Shown here piece by piece: positions 36,224 through 43,620 of a DNA stretch of 51,371 nucleotides. How positions within the stretch are numbered: position 1 is the first letter of the stretch; every line of letters begins with the position of its first letter. The notes under the pieces are model-generated. The model was not told the origin of the DNA. It made no database searches and was given only the letters and a program-made list of their open reading frames with translations. The translations under genes and the position numbers were made by a program. Origin of the DNA: Tidjanibacter sp. (GTDB taxonomy: Bacteria > Bacteroidota > Bacteroidia > Bacteroidales > Rikenellaceae); the NCBI GenBank assembly GCA_017628305.1, contig JAGBZI010000097.1:1-51371 (forward strand), in the 5' to 3' direction.

Positions 36224-37576
36224 ATGAACTTTTTTCGACAGATAAGCACCACGATGCTTGCAGCTGTTGCCCTTGTGGCCATGGCTGTGGGGTGCGCCAA
36301 GCCCGCCACGGGCGACTATGCCGAGCTTGAGGACCAGTCGCTGCGTGCGTGGATGGACAAGAACTACCCCGGATGGGAGAGTAACCCCGATGTGAAACGC
36401 ACCGACGACGGCGTCTACATCCTCTGGATGGAGCGCTCCTCGCTACCTGCACCTGCCGATACCATTGTGAAGGAGGGCAACTGGGTGAGGATTGATTACA
36501 CGGGTAGGCGTCTTAATGGCGACATCTTCTACACCCGCAATGCCGAGGTGGCCAAGATTCAGGGCACCTACAGCCGCCGTACACACTATGTTGACGATTT
36601 TGTCTACCTCTATGCCGACAACTCGTTGCTCCCCAAGGGTACCTTCCAAGCTCTCACCAATATGAAGGTGGGCGACATGACCCGTGTGATTATGCCCTCG
36701 GGCATGTATAAGGGTTCGACGGGCTACAACGAGACCAATGTGGGCTACAACGGCCAGTGGGGTGTGGATGGCAGTGTCCCCGTGATTATCGACTCGCTCA
36801 CCATTCGTGAGGTGTCGGAGGACCCCATAACCCTCGAGAATAGGCTTGTGAATAACTATGCGGCAGACCGATGGAGGCTCAACGAGGCCGACACGATCTC
36901 CAAGGGCCTCTATATGCAGTTGATGACCCCCGCTCCCTTCAAGCGCGACTCGGTTATCAAGGCCGGTAGTACCGACTCGCTGCTGACCTGCTACTACAAG
37001 GGTTACTTCCTCGATGGCTTTGTCTTTGACTCCAACATCGACTCTGTGCAGATGCGTGCGTGGGGCGAGGTGGTGAATGAGGGACCCATGGAGTGGAACA
37101 TGAAGGAGAGTCAGATGATTGAGGGCTTCAAGGCGGCATGCGTGAGGGCTTGCTATGGCGACCGCCTGAGGGTTGTTTTCACCTCGGCCTATGGCTATGG
37201 CATCTCGGGTAGTGCGGCGAGGTCTGTCACCCAGTCGACCAACGACGACTCGAGCGACGCAATGCTGGAGTACTACAACTATCTCAACTATTATAACTAC
37301 ATGAATAACATGTACGGTGGTGGTTATGGAGGTTACGGAGGCTATGGCTATGGCGGCTACTACAACGACTATTACAGCAGTTACTATAACCCCTACTACA
37401 ACTACTATGGCAACAGTAGTAGTTCGGACGAGGAGTCGGGCTCGCTCGAGGATGATAAGGAGGAGGCAAAGGTGACCATCACCACTGAGATTCTTCCCTT
37501 CACCCCCTTGGTGTTCGAGATTTGGGTGTGCGCCAACAATGGTAGCCAGACCGACCCCGACCACAACAGCGAATAG
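36224..37576 (+). CDS. Two-domain FKBP-type PPIase lipoprotein with a Tyr/Gly/Asn-rich insert
   Basis: Lipobox AVG-C; domain 1 YTGRRLNGDIF...MKVG; domain 2 YKGYFLDGFVFDSN...AYGYG [insert] ILPFTPLVFEI. Confidence 0.85.
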   Translation: MNFFRQISTTMLAAVALVAMAVGCAKPATGDYAELEDQSLRAWMDKNYPGWESNPDVKRTDDGVYILWMERSSLPAPADTIVKEGNWVRIDYTGRRLNGDIFYTRNAEVAKIQGTYSRRTHYVDDFVYLYADNSLLPKGTFQALTNMKVGDMTRVIMPSGMYKGSTGYNETNVGYNGQWGVDGSVPVIIDSLTIREVSEDPITLENRLVNNYAADRWRLNEADTISKGLYMQLMTPAPFKRDSVIKAGSTDSLLTCYYKGYFLDGFVFDSNIDSVQMRAWGEVVNEGPMEWNMKESQMIEGFKAACVRACYGDRLRVVFTSAYGYGISGSAARSVTQSTNDDSSDAMLEYYNYLNYYNYMNNMYGGGYGGYGGYGYGGYYNDYYSSYYNPYYNYYGNSSSSDEESGSLEDDKEEAKVTITTEILPFTPLVFEIWVCANNGSQTDPDHNSE

Positions 37577-37598
37577 TGGTTGAGTGCCAATGATATAG

Positions 37599-37632
37599 AG
37601 AGGGCTCTGCGATTGACCGCAGAGCCCTCTTT
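37599..37632 (+). terminator. Terminator after the FKBP pair
   Basis: AGAGGGCTCTGCG-ATTGAC-CGCAGAGCCCTCT-TT. Confidence 0.8.
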
Positions 37633-37717
37633 ATGTCTCTTGTCGCGCACATTTGGAAACGAATGGCTGGGGGTGTGTGCTATCTTTGTGGGCACACATT
37701 TCCCCCAATATTATGCC

Positions 37718-38317
37718 ATGAAACCGACTTACCTAACTATTCTTGCCGGCGGCCTTGTGGTTGCTCTCTCCCTTGCTGTCAACCTCCGGCTTGCCCGTAG
37801 CCACCACCGTGCGCTCGAAAATATCGAGGCCCTCAGCGAGGAAAACGCCCACTTGCGTCGTCACATCTCCACCCTTGCCGACTCGCTTGCCACCCACCAC
37901 CTCTCCGTGTCGCGCCAACGCCTTTCTCGGGGCGAGCTCCGCGAGTTCCGCCCCGAGGAGTATGATGCCATCAGGGGCCTTGGGGTGAGGCCGCGACGCG
38001 TGGAGAGCATTGCAAGTGTGGTGAGTATCACGGGGCTCGACCTGCTCTTGGAGCACGACACGATGGCTGTGGCAACCATCCACGACACTCTGCGCCCCCT
38101 TGTGTGGCACGACGGTTGGGTAGGGGTGACCCTCACGCCGCGTCCCGAGGGGGTGGGGGTCAGGGTTACCTCCACCGACACCCTCCATCAGGTGGTCCAT
38201 AGGGTCCCCCATCGCTGGTGGATATTCTCGTGGGGTACGCGTGCCATCCGTCAGGAGATAGCCTCCTCCAATCCCCACACACGCCTTGTCTATGCCGAGT
38301 ATATCGTGTTGGAGTGA
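37718..38317 (+). CDS. Membrane-anchored coiled-coil protein, DUF6549-like
   Basis: N-terminal TM, coiled coil, C-terminal DTLHQVVHRVPHRWWIFSWGTRAIRQEIASSNPHT; own TATCTTTG at 37681-88; family assignment from recall. Confidence 0.7.
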   Translation: MKPTYLTILAGGLVVALSLAVNLRLARSHHRALENIEALSEENAHLRRHISTLADSLATHHLSVSRQRLSRGELREFRPEEYDAIRGLGVRPRRVESIASVVSITGLDLLLEHDTMAVATIHDTLRPLVWHDGWVGVTLTPRPEGVGVRVTSTDTLHQVVHRVPHRWWIFSWGTRAIRQEIASSNPHTRLVYAEYIVLE

Positions 38318-38340
38318 TGGTGGTTGCGGGCCTTGAAAAT

Positions 38341-38374
38341 CAAACGAGCATCCATTTGGGCGGATGCTCGTTTG
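38341..38374. terminator. Bidirectional terminator
   Basis: CAAACGAGCATCC-N8-GGATGCTCGTTTG between convergent genes. Confidence 0.8.
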
Positions 38375-38378
38375 GTCT

Positions 38379-38732
38379 TTAGTGGTTGCCGCAGTTGTGG
38401 TGGTCGCACCCCACGCCCGAGTCGAAGACGAAGCCTGTGAGGTAGCTCTTCACCAACGCCTCCACACTGCCACTACACCCTCGCACTACGCGTATGCCGG
38501 CTGCGGAGAGCTTGTTCTTGGCCCCCTCGCCCATACTGCCCGCCAACATTATCTCCACACCCATGGCTGCCAGCTCCCCGGCTATGCCGCTCTTGCAGCC
38601 GCAACCTTGTGGTGAGGGGAGGGTGGTGGTGGCAACAACTTTGCCCTCCTCGATGGTGTAAATCGTGTAGTGGTCGCAGTGGCCGAAGTGGTCGTCAACC
38701 CTGCCATCTCTTGTAGGAATTGCTATTTTCAT
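38379..38732 (-). CDS. NifB/NifX family (dinitrogenase FeMo-cofactor-like) metal-cluster-binding protein
   Basis: MKIAIPT...VDDHFGHC, GCGCKS, LAGSMGEGA, Cys/His-rich tail. Confidence 0.9.
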   Translation of the reverse strand: MKIAIPTRDGRVDDHFGHCDHYTIYTIEEGKVVATTTLPSPQGCGCKSGIAGELAAMGVEIMLAGSMGEGAKNKLSAAGIRVVRGCSGSVEALVKSYLTGFVFDSGVGCDHHNCGNH

Positions 38733-38850
38733 GTTTTGTATCGCTGTCAACATTCAGCTGTCAGCCTCTTTTTGAGTTATCGGTTTGTTTTATTCTGCGT
38801 TTCGTAAATGTGACGATTGTGGGCACCCTGCCGGCAATCTTCACCACTCG

Positions 38851-39984
38851 CTATCCCATTCGGTTTTTGTAGTCCTCATAGCCGAAGCGGCGTACAACCT
38901 CCACACGGCCGTCGGTGTGGGCAATGGCTATCGAGGGGTGGCTCACTCCGTTGAACATGGTGGTCTTCACCATGGTGTAGTGAATCATATCCTCAAAGAC
39001 TATGCGGTCGCCCACCTGTGGCTCGCGGTCGAAGGCCCAATGGCCTACCCAGTCGCCCGCCAAACAGCTGTTGCCGCCTATGCGCCACCTTTTCTCCCCC
39101 TCCTCGGGGTCGTGAGCACCCACCACTGCGGGCTTGTAGGGCATCTCCAAGCAGTCGGGCATGTGGCACGCAAACGACACATTGGTCACAAGGGTCCTTT
39201 CGCCGCCTCCCTCCACGATGTCCTCCACGGTGGCCACAAGGGTGCCTGTGCGCCATGTGAAGGCGCTGCCGGGCTCGAGGATTACCCTCAGGTTGGGGTG
39301 GCGCTCCTTGAAGCCCCTGAGCGTATCAATCAGCAGGTCAACATTGTAGCCCTTGCGGGTCATCAGGTGGCCGCCTCCCATGTTGAACCACTTAATCTTG
39401 TCCAACAGGTGGCCAAACTTCCTCTCCACAGCCTCGAGCGTTGCCACCAAATCCTCCGCCTGCGACTCACACAGCGAGTGGAAGTGGAGCCCCTCGATGC
39501 CCTCGGGGAGGGTGGGGAGCTTATCGACGGTGATGCCGAGTCGGCTGGTGGGTGATGCGGGGTTGTAGAGGTCGGTCTCGACGGTGGAGTACTCGTGGTT
39601 GATGCGCAGGCCACACGAGATACCCCTCAGCAGGGCCCTCTGACCATAGCGCTCCCACTGCCCCAGCGAGTTGAAGGTGATATAGTCGCTGTAGCTCATA
39701 ATCTCCTCCCACTCTCCCTCCGAATATACGGGGGCATAGGTGTGGGCTCTCTCGCCCATCTCCTCATAGACGAGCCTCGCCTCGGCCAGCGAACTTGCCG
39801 TGGCGCCATCGGAGTGCTCCTTCAGTATGGGGAAGATGCTCCACATAGCCGAGGCCTTCAGGGCGACGATAATCTCCACGCCTGCCTCACGACGCACACG
39901 GTCGATGATGGCCATATTCTTCAGTAACTCCGCCTCCTCCAGCACATAGCAGGGCGACGGAACGGTGTTGGTGTAGTTTGGCAT
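38851..39984 (-). CDS. nspC: Carboxynorspermidine/carboxyspermidine decarboxylase
   Basis: PSPCYVLEE, ALK (PLP Lys), SRLG, HFHSLCE, NMGGGH, EPG, HMPDCLEMPY, CLAGD, HYTMVKTTMFNG. Confidence 0.95.
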   Translation of the reverse strand: MPNYTNTVPSPCYVLEEAELLKNMAIIDRVRREAGVEIIVALKASAMWSIFPILKEHSDGATASSLAEARLVYEEMGERAHTYAPVYSEGEWEEIMSYSDYITFNSLGQWERYGQRALLRGISCGLRINHEYSTVETDLYNPASPTSRLGITVDKLPTLPEGIEGLHFHSLCESQAEDLVATLEAVERKFGHLLDKIKWFNMGGGHLMTRKGYNVDLLIDTLRGFKERHPNLRVILEPGSAFTWRTGTLVATVEDIVEGGGERTLVTNVSFACHMPDCLEMPYKPAVVGAHDPEEGEKRWRIGGNSCLAGDWVGHWAFDREPQVGDRIVFEDMIHYTMVKTTMFNGVSHPSIAIAHTDGRVEVVRRFGYEDYKNRMG

Positions 39985-40008
39985 TGTTTGTTGTCCTAAA
40001 AATGGTGA

Positions 40009-40097
40009 TTAGAGAATTTAGGGAGATTAGAGAATATAGGGTGTTGTTGATTGCCCCCTAAATTCCCTACGCTCCCTAAATTCCCATAGTTACCTAT
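40009..40097. repeat. Inverted nonamer arrays
   Basis: ttagagaat ttagggaga ttagagaat atagggtgt ... ccctaaatt ccctacgct ccctaaatt cccatagtt. Confidence 0.8.
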
Positions 40098-40116
40098 TGG
40101 GCAGGTGTAGTCCCAA

Positions 40117-41307
40117 TTACAACTCGATGTCTACATCGTGCAGCTCAACCCAAGGCAGACCCTGAGGACCGAGCTCCGCCAAGAATGGATCGGGATCGAA
40201 CTCCTCCACATTGTGAACGCCGGGTTTCACCCACAGACCCTTGGCAAACATCGCTGCGCCCAGAGCGGCAGGTACACCGGTGGTGTAGCTCACAGCCTGT
40301 GTGCCGGTCTCCTTATATGCCTCGGCGTGGTCGCAGTTGTTGTAGATGTAGTATGTCTTCTCCTTGCCGTCCTTGATACCACGGATGCGGCAACCGATGG
40401 AGGTCTCGCCGTGGTAGTTCTCGCCCAGAGTCTTGGGGTCGGGAAGCACAGCCTTGAGGAACTGGATGGGCACAATCTCCATACCATTATACATAATGGG
40501 GTCGATGCGGGCCATACCGATGTCCTGAATAACCCTTAGGTGGGTGAGGTACTCCTGGCCGAAAGTCATCCAGAACCTTGCGCGCTTGATGGTGGGGTAG
40601 TTGATCACAAGGCTCTCCAGCTCCTCGTGGTACAAGAGGTAGCTCTCGCGGGGGCCGATGTTGGGATAGTTGAGGGTCTTGTGAATCTCCAGCGAGCCGG
40701 TGGTCACCCACTCGCCGTTCTCCCAGTAGCGACCGTTCTGGGTAATCTCGCGGATGTTAATCTCGGGGTTGAAGTTGGTGGCGAAAGCCTTACCGTGGTT
40801 GCCGGCGTTGCAGTCCACAATGTCGAGGTAGTGAATCTCGTCGAAATGGTGCTTTGCGGCATAGGCGGTGAAGATGGCCGACACACCGGGGTCGAAACCG
40901 CAACCGAGGATGGCGGTCAGGCCGGCCTTCTCGAACCTCTCGCGGTATGCCCACTGCCACGAATACTCGAAGTGTGCCTCATCGAGGGGCTCGTAGTTGG
41001 CAGTATCGAGATAGTTTACACCACACTCCAAGCAAGCATCCATGATGGTGAGGTCCTGATAGGGGAGTGCTACATTGATTACGATGTCGGGCCTAAAGCC
41101 ACGCATAACGCGGCAAATATCCTCCACATTGTCGGCGTCTACCTGCTCGGTTTTGATGCGGTCGCCACCGATGGCTGCTGCAATCTGGTCGCATTTGCTC
41201 TTCGTACGGCTGGCCAACATGATGTCGGTGAATACGGGGTTGGCTGCAACTTTGTGTGCAACGACGGTGCCCACACCGCCTGCACCAATAATGAGTACTC
41301 TACACAT
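40117..41307 (-). CDS. Saccharopine-dehydrogenase family protein, carboxy(nor)spermidine dehydrogenase
   Basis: IIGAGGVG, NVALPYQDL, YLDTANYE, GFDPG, FATNFNPEINIRE; adjacent to nspC. Confidence 0.93.
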   Translation of the reverse strand: MCRVLIIGAGGVGTVVAHKVAANPVFTDIMLASRTKSKCDQIAAAIGGDRIKTEQVDADNVEDICRVMRGFRPDIVINVALPYQDLTIMDACLECGVNYLDTANYEPLDEAHFEYSWQWAYRERFEKAGLTAILGCGFDPGVSAIFTAYAAKHHFDEIHYLDIVDCNAGNHGKAFATNFNPEINIREITQNGRYWENGEWVTTGSLEIHKTLNYPNIGPRESYLLYHEELESLVINYPTIKRARFWMTFGQEYLTHLRVIQDIGMARIDPIMYNGMEIVPIQFLKAVLPDPKTLGENYHGETSIGCRIRGIKDGKEKTYYIYNNCDHAEAYKETGTQAVSYTTGVPAALGAAMFAKGLWVKPGVHNVEEFDPDPFLAELGPQGLPWVELHDVDIEL

Positions 41308-41481
41308 AGTAATAGTATCCGTTTAGGTGGGTTTATATTGTTTTGTTTTGGTCTGCAAACTTTGCAACATACAAAGATAGCGAAAGCAATTCGAAATTCA
41401 AAATCCACAACCCAATTTTATCCCCCTCTATGCCCCTATGAGGCGGATTTAAAGGCGGTAGAGGCAAATTTCGCCATAAAA

Positions 41482-41538
41482 TTTGGCGGTTTGGAGATAT
41501 GTGTTACCTTTGTGGTAAAATTCCAACTTTTCCAACTT
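41482..41538 (+). promoter_or_regulatory. Promoter plus tandem 9-bp direct repeat (candidate AbrB operator)
   Basis: TTTG 41482-85, 19 nt, TACCTTTG 41505-12; TTCCAACTT x2 at 41521-41538. Confidence 0.6.
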
Positions 41539-41555
41539 GTAAAACAATTTTAACT

Positions 41556-41756
41556 ATGCAGACCGAAAAAGATAAGTATCTCTTTGGAGTGGTGAAAGTG
41601 GGCGACAAGGGGCAGGTTGTTATCCCCAAGGAGGCCCGAGAAGTGTTTAACATCAAGCCCGGCGACTCGCTCCTTGTGTTGGGCGACACCACCAAAGGGT
41701 TGGCCCTCGTGAAAACCCAGATTTTCGACTCCGCCGTGGAGGAGGTTTTTAGATAG
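41556..41756 (+). CDS. AbrB/MazE/SpoVT family DNA-binding protein
   Basis: VKVGDKGQVVIPKEAREVFNIKPGDSL; 66 aa from ATG 41556. Confidence 0.92.
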   Translation: MQTEKDKYLFGVVKVGDKGQVVIPKEAREVFNIKPGDSLLVLGDTTKGLALVKTQIFDSAVEEVFR

Positions 41757-41832
41757 ATTCATCAATCCCCCCCTCCCTTCCCACTTTGTGAGTAGAGAAA
41801 TTCCTACACTCCTCTTTGAATACTTTTGATAA

Positions 41833-42942
41833 ATGAAACGATTGTTTTTCCTCGACAACTTGCGCTGGGTGACAGTTCTCCTTGTGCTCTTCTATCATGT
41901 GTTCTACAATTTCAACGCCCTCGGGGTCTTCGGTGGCATTGGCGGCTTTGCTGACCACCAATGGCAGGACATCTTCTGTGCACTGCTCAACCCTTGGTTT
42001 ATGACCCTCCTCTTTGTGGTGGCGGGTGCCTCGAGCCGCTATGCGCTCCGCAGTCGCACACCCCGTGAGTTCCGCCGTGAGCGCACGCGCAAATTGCTTG
42101 TCCCCTCCACCCTCGGCCTCTTCGTCTTCGGTTGGATACTCGGACTGCTCAACAGCCACGCTGCGGCCGCAACTCTGCCCGAGGGGATACCCCTCTTTGT
42201 GAAGTACCTCATTGCTGTCCTCAGCGGCACCGGCCCCCTGTGGTTCATTCAGGATTTGTTCCTTTTCTCGCTGCTGCTCCTTGTGGTGCGCCGAGTGGCT
42301 GATGCCGAGAGGGTCGATGGGTGGCTGTCGAAACTCCGCGAATGGGGTGTAACCCTCCTCATGATTGGTTTCTTTGGGGTGTTGTGGTGGGCCTCGCAGA
42401 GCCAGATTGACAACCCCACCGTTGCGCAGGGGTTGCTCAACCTCTACCGCCCCATCTACTACTTCGTGGCTTTCCTGTGTGGCTACTACATCTTCTCCTC
42501 GGAGAGGGTCCACACCTTCTTGGCTGCGAGGGCTTGGGTGCTTATTGTGGCTGCTGTGGTGGCCGCCGTGGGCTTTGGCACGGAGTTTTACGGCCGCGAC
42601 TACACCGCGCCCGAGGCGGTCGAGGGTTTGTTGTGCAACCTCTTCTGCTGGTCGATGACGCTGGCAATGATGGGTGCCTTCAAACGCTGGGGCGACACGA
42701 CCTCGCCCTTTGCCGACTACATGACCCGCAGTAGCTTTGGCCTCTACATTGTTCACATGACGGTCTGCACGGGTATCTGCTTGGTACTCAAGGCTTCGGG
42801 GCTTCCTGTGTGGGCGGTGTATGTGTTGGCACTCGTGGTTACCTATGTTGGTTCTGTGGTGCTGTGGGAGGTGCTGCGCAGGGTGCCTGTGGTGCGTTGG
42901 TGCGTCTTCGGCATTGACAAATCCAAGGGTGAGCGGAGATAA
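41833..42942 (+). CDS. Acyltransferase-3 family membrane protein (OpgC/MdoC-like)
   Basis: FLDNLR..LVLFYH, WFMTLLFVVAG, RTRKLLVP, GPLWFI, SFGLYIVH; about 10 TM segments. Confidence 0.9.
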   Translation: MKRLFFLDNLRWVTVLLVLFYHVFYNFNALGVFGGIGGFADHQWQDIFCALLNPWFMTLLFVVAGASSRYALRSRTPREFRRERTRKLLVPSTLGLFVFGWILGLLNSHAAAATLPEGIPLFVKYLIAVLSGTGPLWFIQDLFLFSLLLLVVRRVADAERVDGWLSKLREWGVTLLMIGFFGVLWWASQSQIDNPTVAQGLLNLYRPIYYFVAFLCGYYIFSSERVHTFLAARAWVLIVAAVVAAVGFGTEFYGRDYTAPEAVEGLLCNLFCWSMTLAMMGAFKRWGDTTSPFADYMTRSSFGLYIVHMTVCTGICLVLKASGLPVWAVYVLALVVTYVGSVVLWEVLRRVPVVRWCVFGIDKSKGERR

Positions 42943-43035
42943 AATTGTGTGCTAAAGGTGATTTTTTTGGCCAAAGAGTTTGCAGAAACGGAAAATTGCC
43001 TTATCTTTGCACCGCTTTTGGATTGAAAGCGCGAT

Positions 43036-43108
43036 GATTCGCTAGCTCAGCTGGTAGAGCACAGCACTTTTAATGCTGGGGTCCTGGGTTCGAGCCCCAG
43101 GCGGATCA
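43036..43108 (+). tRNA. tRNA-Lys (TTT)
   Basis: GATTCGCTAGCTCAGCTGGTAGAGCACAGCACTTTTAATGCTGGGGTCCTGGGTTCGAGCCCCAGGCGGATCA; promoter TTTG 42979-82, 19 nt, TATCTTTG 43002-09. Confidence 0.97.
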
Positions 43109-43109
43109 C

Positions 43110-43504
43110 CGAAACGAGGGATGACTTAGGTCATCCCTTTTTTCGTTTCGGTGATTGACCTTTACACTCCACCCAAACCCTCCTTTGAAAAGGAGGGCTT
43201 GTCGCTGCGCTCCTGTGTTGCTCCACTCGGGGCCGAAGCGGGATTGCCACCCTTTAGTGGCTGGAGGGTCATCCCTTTTTTCGTTTCGGTGATTACCTTT
43301 ACAATCCACCCAAACCCTCCTTTGAAAAGGAGGGCTTGTCGCTGCGCTCCTGTGTTGCTCCACTCGGGGCCCGAATACAGCTTATCCTCCTTTTTTTCGA
43401 AACGAGTGATGACTTAGGTCATCCCTTTTTCGTTTCGGTGATTGACCTTTACAATCCACCCAAACCCTCCTTTGAAAAGGAGGGCTTGTCGCTACGCTCC
43501 TGTG
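43110..43504 (+). repeat. Three-copy palindromic (REP-like) repeat array downstream of tRNA-Lys
   Basis: Core GGTCATCCCTTTTT(T)CGTTTCGGTGATT(G)ACCTTTACA.TCCACCCAAACCCTCCTTTGAAAAGGAGGGCTTGTCGCT.CGCTCCTGTG starts at 43129, 43267 and 43417, with unique linkers between copies. Confidence 0.95.
43118..43143 (+). terminator. Terminator after tRNA-Lys (part of repeat copy 1)
   Basis: GGGATGAC-TTAG-GTCATCCC-TTTTTT. Confidence 0.8.
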
Positions 43505-43620
43505 ATGCCCCCCCACACAAAACTCTCATTATGTTGGCTACTTTCGTTTTATTTGATTAACTTTGCGGAAAGCAACAAGGAGAACCTTTTGCACCATACA
43601 TCACGAACTACTACACATCC

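Noticed and set aside
38379-38732. Nitrogen fixation inferred from the NifB/NifX-like gene
   Set aside because: This small family is widespread in non-diazotrophic anaerobes, and no nif genes are present
41556-41756. AbrB/MazE protein as the antitoxin of a TA pair
   Set aside because: No PIN, MazF or other toxin ORF is adjacent; the next gene is an acyltransferase
43110-43504. CRISPR array interpretation of the post-tRNA repeats
   Set aside because: Repeats of about 100 bp far exceed CRISPR repeat length, linkers are irregular, and no cas genes or leader are present
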